DNA of 64,000 nucleotides, from assembly GCA_002104905.1 (NCBI GenBank), contig MCFE01000426.1, positions 13,461-77,460 of the forward strand. The letters are read 5' to 3'. Source of the stretch: Basidiobolus meristosporus CBS 931.73. Lineage: Eukaryota; Fungi; Basidiobolomycota. The notes beneath the pieces were generated by a model that was not told where the DNA came from, did no database searches, and saw only the letters and a program-made list of their open reading frames with translations. Each line of letters starts with the position of its first letter. Position 1 is the first letter of the stretch. Position numbers and translations under genes: made by a program. Positions 50,664 to 63,400 of this stretch are shown here, piece by piece.

Positions 50664-51006
50664 TCAGTCAAACCTATATGCTTCACCCATTCATAATGAC
50701 ATAAAAATCCATGTAAAAACTCGAGTGTATCACTCAATTTCCTGAACAAAATGAACATACGTTGTCCTTTCTTGATGCGAGCGTAGTGACTTTCATTTCA
50801 CCAACAAACGCCAAGAGATTCGGTGCTGCTCCATGATATTAAATCTTGCCCATATGAAACATGCGTAATTTTCGAACGGGATCATTTCATTCGCCCATGG
50901 GGATTCACGTAAGATAATGGTCCAATATGGAATTGCTGCCATGTCAGATATAATCGTGGTCTTCCGCTGGGCCTTGTAATAAACAACTTGCGCTGCCTAA
51001 CCCGTG

Positions 51007-52558
51007 ATGTCTTCACAACCCTCGCTAAACGCTGACGACAAGGCCAGGATCAAAACCGCTTTGTCGTCCCCGCAGAATGTATTTGCTGCACGCTAACGAC
51101 GCCCTGTCAACAGTCATCTCACCTTGCTCTCTGTTTAGAAAATCTGCACCGCCACTGCCGCGAAGCTCTATATAGCCTATCCCAACCCCGACGCCTGGAC
51201 TTTCACTGGCATCGTAGGGGCTTTGGCCCTGGTCAACGAAAAGACGACCTCCGATTCATACTTCTTCCGCATAGTAGATCTTGAAGTAAGTCGTTTCCTC
51301 TCGGTCGCCCCGGGGAATTCGTCGTTAACCGAGTCACCTTAGGGGAATGGCGGGATATTGTGGGAGCAGGAATTATACACGGGCTTTTCGTATTTCGAGG
51401 AGCGCCCATTATTTCATACGTTCGCTTTGGAGGTACGAGCCTAACTTAGATCCAGGCCAGGCCGTGGTGGAGTTCTAACTCACTTAATCTCCCCCCAACC
51501 AGAACTGCTTGGCCGCCTTCTCCTTTGCTAACCAAGACGAGGCCCAGACGTTTTACAAGAAGGTATCCGCCCGAGAACAAGCCTCCCAAGTCAAAAGTAT
51601 GCCTCTCTTCTAGTCACTTGACCATGTTCCACCCGTACTAATGTTGGGTATCCAGAATCAAACACCGTGCGGGAAAGTCCCGCCAAGCCCGCCAAGTCCG
51701 GCTTATTCTTCAGCCAATCCCGAGCCAGTGGCAAGAAACTCCGAGGAAGAGTGGACAAATCCATGATCAGCGGGCCTTCCGATTTCCGACACATCGGGCA
51801 CATTGGCTTTGATCCCGAGACTGGCTTCAGCGTAAGTTTGAGGAGTGAACGGGGGGGGGGAGGAGGAGAGATCCTTGGTGAATGTGTCGACTAATCTTGG
51901 GTTTCGTTTTTAGACCGAGAATATTGACCCCGAGTGGATCAAACTTTTCGACAAACTTGGCCAGCTTGGAGTCTCGAAGGAGCAGCTTCAGGACAAAGAT
52001 ACCCAGAAGTTCATCTATGATTATGTTCAGGCTCGGGGTGGCCCTGAAGCTGGCCAAAAGGCTCCACCACCACCTGCTCCTTCTCGTGGTGCCAAGAGTG
52101 GCCCACCGCCACCACCACCGCCGCCGCCCGTCGCACCATCTGGTGGTGCTCCTCCTCCGCCGCCACCTCCCCCACCACCTACTTCAGCTGGGGCACCACC
52201 CCCACCACCACCACCCCCTGCTGCAAATGGGGCCACCGCCGCAAGCCTTCCTCCTCCTACAGATGGCCGGAATCAACTTTTGGCTAGTATCCGAAATGCC
52301 GGAGGGGTTGGGGCTCTCAAGCATGTCGATCAACCCGAAACAGCCTCCCCCGTTCTCAGTAGTCCGGTAGAGGAGAGCACCTCGGGAGGTGGGGATCTAG
52401 CGACGGCCTTGGCGAGTGCACTCAGCGCGCGAAACAAAGTCTTGGCTCAATCAGGTTAGTGAATTCTCGATTTCTTGGCAGGTAGGGTTGCTGGAACTAA
52501 CCGAATCCATCCCGTTTTTGTAGATTCCGAGGACGACGATAACGACGATTGGGATTAG
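51007..52558 (+). CDS. WASP-family actin nucleation-promoting factor (WH1-CRIB-polyPro-WH2-acidic), multi-exon
   Basis: WH1 (AKLYIAYP...WEQELY...FHTF), CRIB ISGPSDFRHIGHIG, poly-Pro, WH2 RNQLLASIR..LKHV, acidic tail EDDDNDDWD. Confidence 0.93.
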
Positions 52559-52949
52559 TGCGAATAGATGTTCCGATCACCCCCCCCCCCCTTGTATTCA
52601 AACCCCGCACCAAAGTCACCAATAAAGCAGCATGCAGTAGATCTAAGGATAGGTCGCCTTCCAGCATTTACTCGGGTGGACATTTGGGTGACGATTCAAG
52701 CTGGCCGCTCCACGATCTTTGGGCAATTGCTGGTACCAATGATGGCCAAATGGAGGCCCCGGAAGCTAAAGAGGAATGAATGCTAGTGGTACAAACAACG
52801 CATGATGTAATCTCGCTTGGATTCTAAAGAAACAGCTTGTACTCATTGCAGCCGCCACATGTACCTGATTTCTTGGCGTGGAGCCCAGCGGGATGGAGAA
52901 TCGATTTTGGCCAAGGGCAGATTGGTAATGTATCAATAGTTGGATTTGA

Positions 52950-55018
52950 AGCCAATTTTTTGCCGCTTGGTCAATTTTATATGCTATGAAAGCCAATCTT
53001 TGTGGTGCCTTAGTTGGTATATCTACAATCTCATTCAGCACTGGGGGAGTCAGGTACTCGTGTTGTACTGTTTCTCACAGATAGGAATGGTGCTTAACAT
53101 ACCTGGCTTGACTCTTGTGCAGAAAATTGGATTCTTTGTTATCAAACTACAGCTTCCAATCTTCTTTAGCTCTTAGTTTGGTCTTCTGGGGGGATTGGGA
53201 CTGGATCATACTGTCAGAATGCTAGGAGGTTTTTGTATAAACTCTGGCATATTGAGATTCATCCATCATTTAGGAGTGTCTTTTGGTAGAAAATCATATT
53301 ACCCTATGCAAAAGATTTGAAATGATCCTGTCACAAGACTGACAAAAAATTAGGATCTCATGACCTTATTGTAGATTTTGCAATTCCACCTAAATATCTC
53401 ATTAAGTTGGTCACTTATATCATAGTCTGTAGATCCTGGAATATCTTACCTGTATTCTCTGTTGGAATATATCTGCAATATTTGTTGTAAGAGTCTTGGA
53501 GATATTGGAAGTGATTGGGAGAACAAGTAGATTATGTGGTTTTCACTTAATAATTTATTGAATGTAAAAGTAGTATTTATACCTTTACCTGGTCTTGGCA
53601 TTACAAACACGTAGAATAGGTTAAGGAAGGTCCCAAGAACATGTGTGCAAAGTTTGGGCTGTTTGGACAACTTTGAGAATTTTCATGTTCTGGGTACCTG
53701 GCATTTTGGTGAAAATATTCTAAGTAAATCCCGACAAGGAATTTGGTCAGTATTCTCTAGGATTTGAGGGTAATGATCTAAGTGACTAAGTTAGGTGAAT
53801 ATTTAGGTGGAAATTACGAATTTTACAACAATATTTACCCTAAATGTCAAGTACCCAGAACATTAGAATTTGTTAAGTTGTCCAGAGGTCTCCAAACCTT
53901 GCACATATGATCTTGAAGCCTTACTGAACATATTCTATTGGCTTGTAACAATATGAATATAGCTTTGACACTCAATAAATCACCAAGCAAAAGCCACACA
54001 ATCCACCTATACTCCCAATCACCTCCCTCAATGAGAGTTAGTTGTTGATGGTCTGCAATGTCAATCACCTCATCTGCCAGTCTTTGCAATAAATCCTTGC
54101 AATATTCAAGTGTACTTTCCAGAATATGGCCCATGAAGAAGTGGTGCAACCACTTGGTGTGAGTAATATTGTTCCAAGATTCCACTGTATGCATGGTAAT
54201 ATACACTGATTTCTTGATGTTGTTGCATTCCCTATGAAAACTAATTTGGTCCTGCAGGTGGATCCAATCTGGATCAGCCATCAGGATCCCATTTAGAGAT
54301 TGTTGTAATACCAGCAGCTTGGAATTAGTGACCCTCTAAACAATCTTATGACAAGATCATCATGGTGTTTTGCTAATTTTACTGCCAAATAAAGATTTAA
54401 AACTTGATGGGATTTGATTGGTGCTGTGATAATAATTGGATGGCATTGTTGCAGTCTTATCATGCTCTACAACTATTCTAAATGGATCTAACTGGCCAGG
54501 ACATCCAATTGCCTTATATGGCAAAAATCTCAATGGTATTTCAACAGCCTCACAGCAAGATTCTGATGACATTATAATGGCAGTATGGCAGCCTACAGCT
54601 AGTTTGGTATTTGGGTAATAATAATGTGTTGAGTTATGAAGTAAGTCCCCTGGATCTCATGCTTTTGACAGCAATACCATTCATTGTGACCAGAAAAGCT
54701 GGCTATCTTGCTGATGGCTGGGGTACTCCAATGCAGATAATAATATGTGCTTTGACATGAAAGTCATTCACTGATATCCTGCTGGAAATCATACAAAATT
54801 CTTTCAGCAATGGATACAGGTAGCTATCCAGGTTGGACAGTGATTTAGGCCCATATACTAGTGAGCCTACCATCAGATTATTGCTCTGATACTGCAAGAT
54901 ATGTGGCAGATTCAGGTTGATGAGAATCAGCAGCCAGCAGGATTTGCTGGTACAGTACTTGTTTGATGAGAGTCCATAATGTGCCAAGGCAAAGGCATGA
55001 TCATGTTTACCTTCAAAG
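52950..55018 (-). mobile_element. Decayed CACTA/En-Spm-like (Tnp2) DNA transposase relic, interrupted by a solo LTR
   Basis: Fragment WLLILINLNLP...Y...N....LVYGPK...LDSYLYPLLKE...F...AHIIICIG matches the recalled fungal Tnp2 pattern. Multiple stops and frameshifts; boundaries approximate; no TIR found. Confidence 0.6.
53483..53830 (-). mobile_element. Ty1/Copia solo LTR A (348 bp) with 5-bp TSD ATATT
   Basis: TGTTGTAA...TTACAACA termini; ATATT on both flanks. Confidence 0.95.
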
Positions 55019-55543
55019 TGCTGTAAGAGTCTTGGAGATATTGGAAGTGATATGGGAGGACAAGTAGATTATGTGGTTCTCACATAATGATTTATTGAAT
55101 GAAAAGTAGTATTTATACTTTTACATGATCTTGGCATAACAAACACGTAGAATAGGTTAAGGAAGGTCCCAAGAGCATGTGTGCAAAGCTTGGGGCTGTT
55201 TGGACAACTTTGAGAATTCTCATGTTCTAGGTACCTGGTACTTTGGTGAAAATATTCTAAGTAAATCCTAACAAGGAATTTGGTCAGTATTCTGTAGGAT
55301 TTGTAGGTAATGTTCCAAGTGACTAAGTTAGGTGAATACTTAGGTGTATGTACAAATTTTTACAACACTCCCACATAGCTAAATGCTCATACTGACTAGT
55401 CCTAATTTTGACCTAAGATATTCTAACTTGTCTCTAGCTAATGGTTTGGTAAATATGTCTACAATCATTTCATCTGAAGGGCAGTAAACTAGGCAAACTA
55501 AGTTAATTTCTAAAGCTTCACATATGAAATGATGTCTAATATG
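55019..55543 (-). mobile_element. Copia element 1 remnant: 3' LTR B (55019-55367), PPT and the end of RNase H
   Basis: The LTR is followed by CTCCCAC (PPT on the minus strand) and the pol C-terminus, which is cut at 55543 by LTR C. Confidence 0.88.
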
Positions 55544-58222
55544 TGTTGTAAGAGTCTTGGAGAAATTGGAAGCAAATGGGAGGACAAGTAGATTATGTGG
55601 TTTTCATTTAATGATTTATTGAATATAAAAGTAGTATTTATACTTTTACATGATCTTGGCATAACAAACATGTAGAATAGGCTAAAGAAGGTCCCAAGAG
55701 CATGTCTGCAACATTTGGGGCTGTTTGGACAACTTTGAGAATTTTCATGTTCTGGGTACCTGGTATTTTGGTGAAAATATTCTAAGTAAATCCTAACAAG
55801 GAATTTGGTCAGTATTTTCTGGGATTTGAAGGTAATGATCTAAGTTTCTAAGTTAGATGAATATTTAGGTGGAAATACAAACTTTTACAACACTCTCACT
55901 CAGCTAAATGTTCATGCTGACTAGTCCTAATTTTAACCTAAGATATTCAAACTTGTCTCTAGCTAATGGTTTGGTTAATATATCTGCAATCAATTCATCT
56001 GTAGGACAGTAAGCTAAGCTAACTAAGTTATTCTCTATAGCTTCACATATGAAATGATGTCTAATATCTATGTGCTTGGTTCTAGCATGAAAAGTTGGAT
56101 TTCTACCTAATTGTATACATCCTTGATTATCTTGAAATAATGTAATAGGCATTTTTTGACATAGGCCTAAATCTGTAAAAAGCTTTCTTAACCACATTGC
56201 TTCTTTTGTAGCTTCACAGGGTGCCATATACTCTTCCTCTGTGGTAGAAAGTGCCACGGTTGGTTGCTTTCTTGAGTTCCATGAAATTGCTCCTTGACAG
56301 TAAAGAAAGGTGTATCCTGTGGTGGATCTTCTGTCTTCTAAATTTTGTCTCCAATCAGCATCAGAGTATCCCACAAGATCCTGTTCTGAGTCCTTATAAG
56401 TGTATCTTAAGCAAATATCAGCAGTTCCTTTTAGATATCTAAAATCCGCTTAACTGCTGCAATATGATCAGATTCATAGTTCTGATTATGTTGGCTGACA
56501 ACTCCCACTGAATATGAGATATCTGGACATGTTCAAAGCATGACATACATCAGACTGCCAACCATAGATTGATAAGGAAAGTTAGGGCTTTCAGATGGTG
56601 CCAAGCTCTCTTGATTTGGTTGAGTTTTGACCAAGTTAAGGTTTGTTTCCATTGGGGTAGCTGCCAGTTTACAGTCTTCCATTTGGTACTTCTTTAGTAT
56701 ATCTTGATTATACTTGGATTGGCTTAGGGTGATAGTCTGGGTACTACTGTCTATGGAGAACTTAATCCCTAGGTAGTAACTGAGTTCTAGATTGGACATC
56801 TTGAACTCTTTAGATAGGCTGGATTTAGTCTTTTCCAATGTTTCTAGGTTATTGGTGGCTATAATAAGATCATCCACATATAGATCTAATAGAACTGGAT
56901 TTGCTCTATCTGGCTTATAGTATATACTATAGTCAGCATTACTCCTTTTGAAACTCAAAGATTCCAAATAAGTATCTATCTTGCAATACCAGGCTCTTGG
57001 TGATTGTTTAAGACCATATAGAGACTTTTTGAGCTTGCAGACCAAATGGGGGTTATACTGGTCAACAAACCCATCAGGCTGGTCCATATACACATCCTCA
57101 TCAGGTTCTTCATTCAAAAATGCAGTTTTTACATCCATTTAATGAATAAAAACTTATATTTGGCTGCAAAAGCCAATATTAATCTGATGGAATTAAACTT
57201 GGCTACCAGTGCCAAGGTCTCAGTATAGTCAAGTCCTTTTGTGTGAGAGTATTCTTTGGCTACAAGTCTTGCTTTGTCTCTTTCAATTGTACCATCAGCC
57301 TTGTATTTTGTCTTGAAGACCCATCTGCATCCAATTGATTTTTGGTTGATTGGTAATTTGACTAAGTCCCAAGTTTGATTTTCCATCAGGGCTGGATATT
57401 CCTCAGTCATTGCAGATCTCTAAAACTTTGTCTGAGGGCTATTTAGGGCCTCTTTTACAGTCTGGGGTTCACCAATATGGACTAAATAGGCATAGGCTAA
57501 GTTTGTACCCTCATTGATATATTAATTTGGGCTATTTCTTGTCCAATTGGATCTCAGGGCATTTGATACTATAATGATCACTTCTGGGATATTCATGGGC
57601 CCTGATTCTGGCTAAACAATGGTTGTAGAGTCCTCTGGAGTGAAAAAAATTCATTGTTTTGCTCTGATTCAATCCTGACAATTGGTGGACTTGAGATCAG
57701 ATTCTTGTCATCATCTGATGTTATTTTTGTGAAAATTTTGAATTTTTATCAAACAACACATCCCTGGACTTGATTAGCTTCTTTGTTTTGGTATTGTACA
57801 GTCTGTATGCCTTACTCTCATTGCAGTAGCCCGTAAATATGCATTTTACACTTTTTGGCTCAAATTTTGACTGATTTCCAGGCAGTTTTTTGGCATATGC
57901 TGTACACCCAAATATTCTTAGATGTTCTGCACCTGGTCCGTATCCATACCATGCTTCAAATGGAGTAGAACCACAAAGTATTCTGTTATAACTCCTATTT
58001 GAAAGATATACAGCAGTGGCAACTGATACTGCCCAAAAATCATAGGACAATTTTTGGTCATGGATCATAGATCTTGCCGTATCAATTATTGATCTGTTAG
58101 CACACTCTGCTACTCCATTTTGCTGTGGGGAGTATATTACAGTAGTCTCTTGCTTTATCCCATGAATTTTGCAGAAGTGAAGCAAGAGTTTTGAGGTATA
58201 TTCTCCACCATTGTCAGAGCGT

Positions 58223-59372
58223 TGTGGTAGGGTAAACATACCTCCCACAGACAAGTTTATTCATATAGCAATTTTGATATACATATCCATATTTTATCTT
58301 ATCAGTATTATCCCATTCTTCTTTTGTCCATATTATCAGTTTAATCCCCATATGATGTTTACCCTGATTAGTTATTAGCATTAGTTATCCCAGATGTTAT
58401 TCAGCTTTGTGATCAGTATATGTATCCACATAAGGCAAGTACCCATGTCAGCACCTGTGACACATGACCTAGGTCTGTGTTACCATCCTTACCATTGCAA
58501 TGCCATATACGGTATTTCTATGTTGCACAGCTTTCAGACTACTGATCCCTAATTGGTTGGATGTGCTGTGCCTTTTAGAACCTTCCAGGACATTCTTGGC
58601 ATATTTATAGTTCATAGTGATGTCATCAAGAATTCCACTGATGCCTAGAATCTTCTAGAACCTTGTCATTAGTAATCACTTGGCAATCAGGAAAAGTACT
58701 TAAGGGAATGCAATCCCTTGTCAATAAATCATCACTTGTATCAGTAACACTTCTACCATATTGATTAGTGGTTGTGTTGTAAAAATTCGTATTTTCCACC
58801 TAAATATTCACCTAACTTAGTCACTTAGATCATCACCTTCAAATCCTAGAGAATACTGACCAAATTCCTTGTTGGGATTTACTTAGAATATTTTCACCAA
58901 AATACCAGGTACCCAGAACATGAAAATTCTCAAAGTTGTCCAAACAGCCCCAAACTTTGCACACATGTTCTTGGGAACTTCCTTAACCTATTCTACGTGT
59001 TTGTAATGCCAAGACCATGTAAAAGTATAAATACTACTTTTACATTCAATAAATCATTAAGTGAAAACCACATAATCTACTTGTTCTCCAAATCACTTCC
59101 AATATCTCCAAGACTCTTACAACAGGTTGATCACTGCACCTGCCTTCAGCAGCACATCTAGACCTGCCATCAAGGAGCCTTTCAGGGTAGTGCACAAGAC
59201 ACACAGAGGCCTTTGGAGACACTTGGAGCACCTAGGAAGCTAGAGAAGCAGGAGCTTTTACCATAGTGACATAAACACCAGCAGTTTAGACACAGAGGTT
59301 ATTGCACCCATCAGACACATCACACACCTTGAGTTGTGTAGCTTCTCCCAGGAATACCTCTACACCACTGCA
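58223..59372. mobile_element. Second-family noncoding TG...CA element (~795 bp net, probable solo LTR) inserted in the integrase of element 2
   Basis: pol is broken at GAGCGT and resumes at GCAT|ATTCTC (4-bp TSD GCGT/GCAT, one mismatch). The insert starts TGTGGT and ends ACCACTGCA. Confidence 0.7.
58775..59124 (+). mobile_element. Copia solo LTR D in the opposite orientation, TSD GGTTG
   Basis: Reverse complement of LTRs A, C and E; GGTTG on both flanks. Confidence 0.95.
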
Positions 59373-60097
59373 GCATATTCTCTTGACTTTTTCACCAGTT
59401 TCTCTTTCCATCATGGCTTTAAGCTCCCTGAACTGAGATGGAGCTTCTTCCTTTCTCTTTATGAAGTAGACCCATGTGTATCTTGTATAATCATCAATAA
59501 AAGTGATTAAATACTTCATCCTGCCTAATGATAAATTTTGCCTAGGTCCACACAGATCTGAGTGAATTAGATCTAAATTTTCTTAGTTTTGATCAACCCA
59601 GAGCTCTTGAATGGTTGTCTGGCTTGTTTCCCATATATGCAAGCTTCACAGTGCTCCAAGTTAGCTGGAGGATCAATTTTCACTCCAGAAATTAGCTGAT
59701 CATTGATCATTTTGCACAAATAATCAAAATTGAAGTGCCCAAATCTCCTGTGCCAAACCATTGGTGTTTCTTCATTTAAGTTACTTATTTTGGCTTCCAA
59801 ATATGATGGAACATAAGTCAACTTCTATAGATTCTGATCTCTGATACCTAAAGCAATATGGGCACCATTTTGATCAGTGATATTGCATCCAGAATTGTCA
59901 AAGCTGAAACTGAGTCCTTCTGCTGTGGCCTTGCTTACACATAGTAGGTTTTTGGCTATTTCTGGTACCTAGGGTACTTCTTTAAAGGTCAGTGTATGGC
60001 TGCCTTCACTGCTTCTAAGATTTACTTGCATTGTTCCTTCTCCCACTGCTTCAAGTGTTCTATTGTCACCCATGGAAACATTTTTAATTGGAATTCC

Positions 60098-60422
60098 CTA
60101 TGAAAAATAATTTGGTCCCACAGGTGGATCCAATCCAGATCATCCGTCAAGATCCCATTCAGAGACTGTCATAATAACAGCAGCTTGGAATTAGTGACCC
60201 TCCTGATGATCTTATAACAAGATCATGACGGTGTTTTGCAAATTTTTCAGCCAAATAAAGGGATAAAACTTGACAATTTTTGATTGGTGCTGTGAAGATA
60301 TTTGCATGTTATTGTTGCGGTCTTTCAGCACTCTATTACTATTTTAAGTGGATCCAGTTGGCCAGGACTTCCAATTGCCTTATATGGCAAGAAACTTGAC
60401 GGTATTTTGACAGCCTCACAGC
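60098..60422 (-). mobile_element. Second fragment of the CACTA-like transposase (homologous to ~54230-54557)
   Basis: Direct alignment by eye, e.g. CAGCAGCTTGGAATTAGTGACCCTC and CCAATTGCCTTATATGGCAA are shared. Confidence 0.85.
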
Positions 60423-63400
60423 TGTTGCAAGAGTCTTGGAGATATTGGAAGTGATTTGGAGAACAAGTAGATTATGTGGTTTTCACTTAATGATTTATTG
60501 AATGTAAAAGTGGTATTTATACTTTTACCTGGTCTTGGCATTACAAACACGTAGAATAGGTTAAGGAAGGTCCCAAGAACATGTGTGCAAAGTTTGGGGC
60601 TGTTTGGACAACTTTGAGAATTTTCATGTTCTGGGTACCTGGCATTTTGGTGAAAATATTCTAAGTAAATCCCAACAAGGAATTTGGCCAGTATTCTCTA
60701 GGATTTGAGGGTAATGATCTAAGTGACTAAGTTAGGTGAATATTTAGGTGGAATTACAAATTTTTACAACACTCCCACTCAGCTAAATGCTCATACTGAC
60801 TAGTCCTAATTTTGACCTAAGATATTCAAACTTGTCTCTAGCTAATGGTTTGGTTAATATATCTGCAATCAATTCATCTGTAGGACAGTAAACTAAGCTA
60901 ACTAAGTTATTCTCTATAGCTTCACGTATGAAATGATGTCTAATATCTATGTGCTTGGTTCTAGCATGAAAAGTTGGATTTCTACCTAATTGTATACATC
61001 CTTGATTATCTTGAAATAAAGTAATAGGCGTTTTTTGACATAGACCTAAATCTGTAAAGAGCTTTCTTAACCACATTGCTTCTTTTGTAGCTTCACAGGC
61101 TGCCATATACTCTGCCTCTGTGGTAGAAAGTCCTACGGTTGGTTGCTTTCTTGAATTCCATGAAATTGCTCCTTTACAGTAAAGAAAGGTGTATCCTGTG
61201 GTGGATCTTCTGTCTTCTAAATTTCGTCCCCAATATGCATCAGAGTATCCCACAAGATCCTGTTCTGAATCCTTATAAGTGTATCTTAAGCAGATATCAG
61301 CAGTTCCTTTTAGGTATCTAAAAATCCGCTTAACTGCTGCAATATGATCAGATCCATAGCTCTGATTATGTTGGCTGACAACTCCCACTGAATATGAGAT
61401 ATCTGGACGTGTTTCAAGCATGATATACATCAGACTGCCGACCATAGATTGATAAGGAAAGTCAGGGCTTTCAGATGGCACCAAGCTCTCTTGATTTGGT
61501 TGAGTTTTGACCAAGTTAAGGTTTGTCTCCATTGGGGTAGCTGCCGGTTTACAGTCTTCCATTTTGTACTTCTTTAGTATATCTTGAATATACTTGGATT
61601 GGCTTAGGGTAATAGTCTGGGTACTTCTGTCTATGAAGAACTTAATCCCTAAGTAGTAACTAAGTTCTCCTAGATCGGACATCTTGAACTCCTTAGATAG
61701 GCTGGATTTAGTCTCTTCCAATGTTTCTAGGTTATTGGTGGCTATAATAAGATCATCCACATATAGAGCTAATAGAACTGGATTTGCTCTATCTGGCTTA
61801 TAGTATATACTATAGTCAGCATTACTCCTTTTGAAACTCAAAGATTCCAAATAAGAATCTATCTTGCAATTCCAGGCTCTCGGTGATTGTTTGAGACCAT
61901 ATAGTGACTTTTTAAGCTTGCAGACCAAATGGGGGTTATCTTGGTCAACAAACCCATCAGGCTGGTCCATATACACGTCCTCATCAAGTTCTCCATTCAA
62001 AAATGCAGTTTTTACATCCATTTGATGAATAAAAAACTTATATTTGGCTGCAATAGCCAATATTAATCTGATGGAATTAAACTTGGCTACCGGTGCAAAG
62101 GTCTCAGTATAGTCAAGTCCTTTTGTTTGAGAGTATCCTTTGGCTACAAGTCTTGCTTTGTATCTTTCAATTGTACCATCAGCCTTGTATTTTGTCTTAA
62201 AGACCCATCTGCATCCAATTGATTTTTGGTTGATTGGTAATTTGACTAAGTCCCAAGTTTGATTTTCCATCAGGGCCTGATATTCCTCAGTCATTGCAGA
62301 TCTCCAAAACTTTGTCTGAGAGCTATTTAGGGCCTCTTTTACAGTCTGGGGTTCATCAATATGGACTGAATAGGCATAGGCTAAGTTTGTACCCTCATTG
62401 ATATAGTAATTTGGGCTATTTCTTGTCCGGTTGGATCTCCGGGCATTTAATACTGGAATGATCACTTCTGGGATATTCCTGGGCACTGATTCTGGCTGAA
62501 CCATGGTTGTAGAGTCCTCTGGAGTGAAAAAATTTTCATTGTTTTGCTCTAATTCAATCCTGACAATTGGTGGACTTGAGATCAAATTTTCGTCATCATC
62601 TGATGTCATTTTTTGTGAAAATTTTGAATTTTCATCAAACAACACATCCCTGGACTTGATCAGCTTCTTTGCTTTGGTATTGTAGAGTCTGTATGCCTTA
62701 CTCTCATTGCAGTAGCCCAAAAATATGCATTTTACACTTTTTGGCTCAAATTTTGACTGATTTCTGGCCAGTTTTTTGGCATATGCTGTACACCCAAATA
62801 TTCTTAGATGTTCTGCACTTGGGCTGTATCCATACCATGCTTCAAATGGAGTAGCATCACAAAGTATTCTGTTATAACTCCTATTTTTAAGATATACAGC
62901 AGTGGCAACTGATTCCGCCCAAAAATCATAGGATAATTTTTGATCATGGATCATAGATCTTGCCATATCAATTATTGATCTGTTAGCTTGTTCTGCTACT
63001 CCATCTTGCTGTGGGGAGTATGGTACAGTAGTCTCTTGCTTTATCCCATGAATTTTGCAGAAGTGGATGAAGAGTTTTGAGGTATATTCTCCACCATTGT
63101 CAGAGCGTATTTTCTTGATTTTTTCACCAGTTTCTCTCTCCACCATGGCTTTAAACTCCCTGAGCTTAGACAGAGCTTCTTCCTTTCTCTCCATGAAGTA
63201 GACCCATGTGTATCTTGTATAATCATCAATAAAAGTGATTAAATACTTCATCCCGCCTAAGGATAAATTTCGCATAGGTCCACACAGATCTGAGTGAATT
63301 AGATCTAATTTTTTCTTAGTTTTGATTAACCCAGAGCTCTTGAACGGTTGTCTGGCTTGTTTCCCATATATGCAGGCTTCACAGTGCTCCAAATTAGCTG

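Larger units (their letters stand above)
55544..60097 (-). mobile_element. Degenerate Copia element 2: 3' LTR C (55544-55892) and pseudogenised protease-integrase-RT-RNase H, interrupted at 58223-59376
   Basis: ORF pieces contain SDNGGEY, QNGVAE, WDLVKLP, LYVDDL and YSDADW, with frameshifts. It is a close homologue of 60783-63923. Confidence 0.92.

Noticed and set aside
52783-52788. CTAGTG as a possible CACTA terminal inverted repeat
   Set aside because: Wrong orientation for a left end, and no partner or 3-bp TSD was found.
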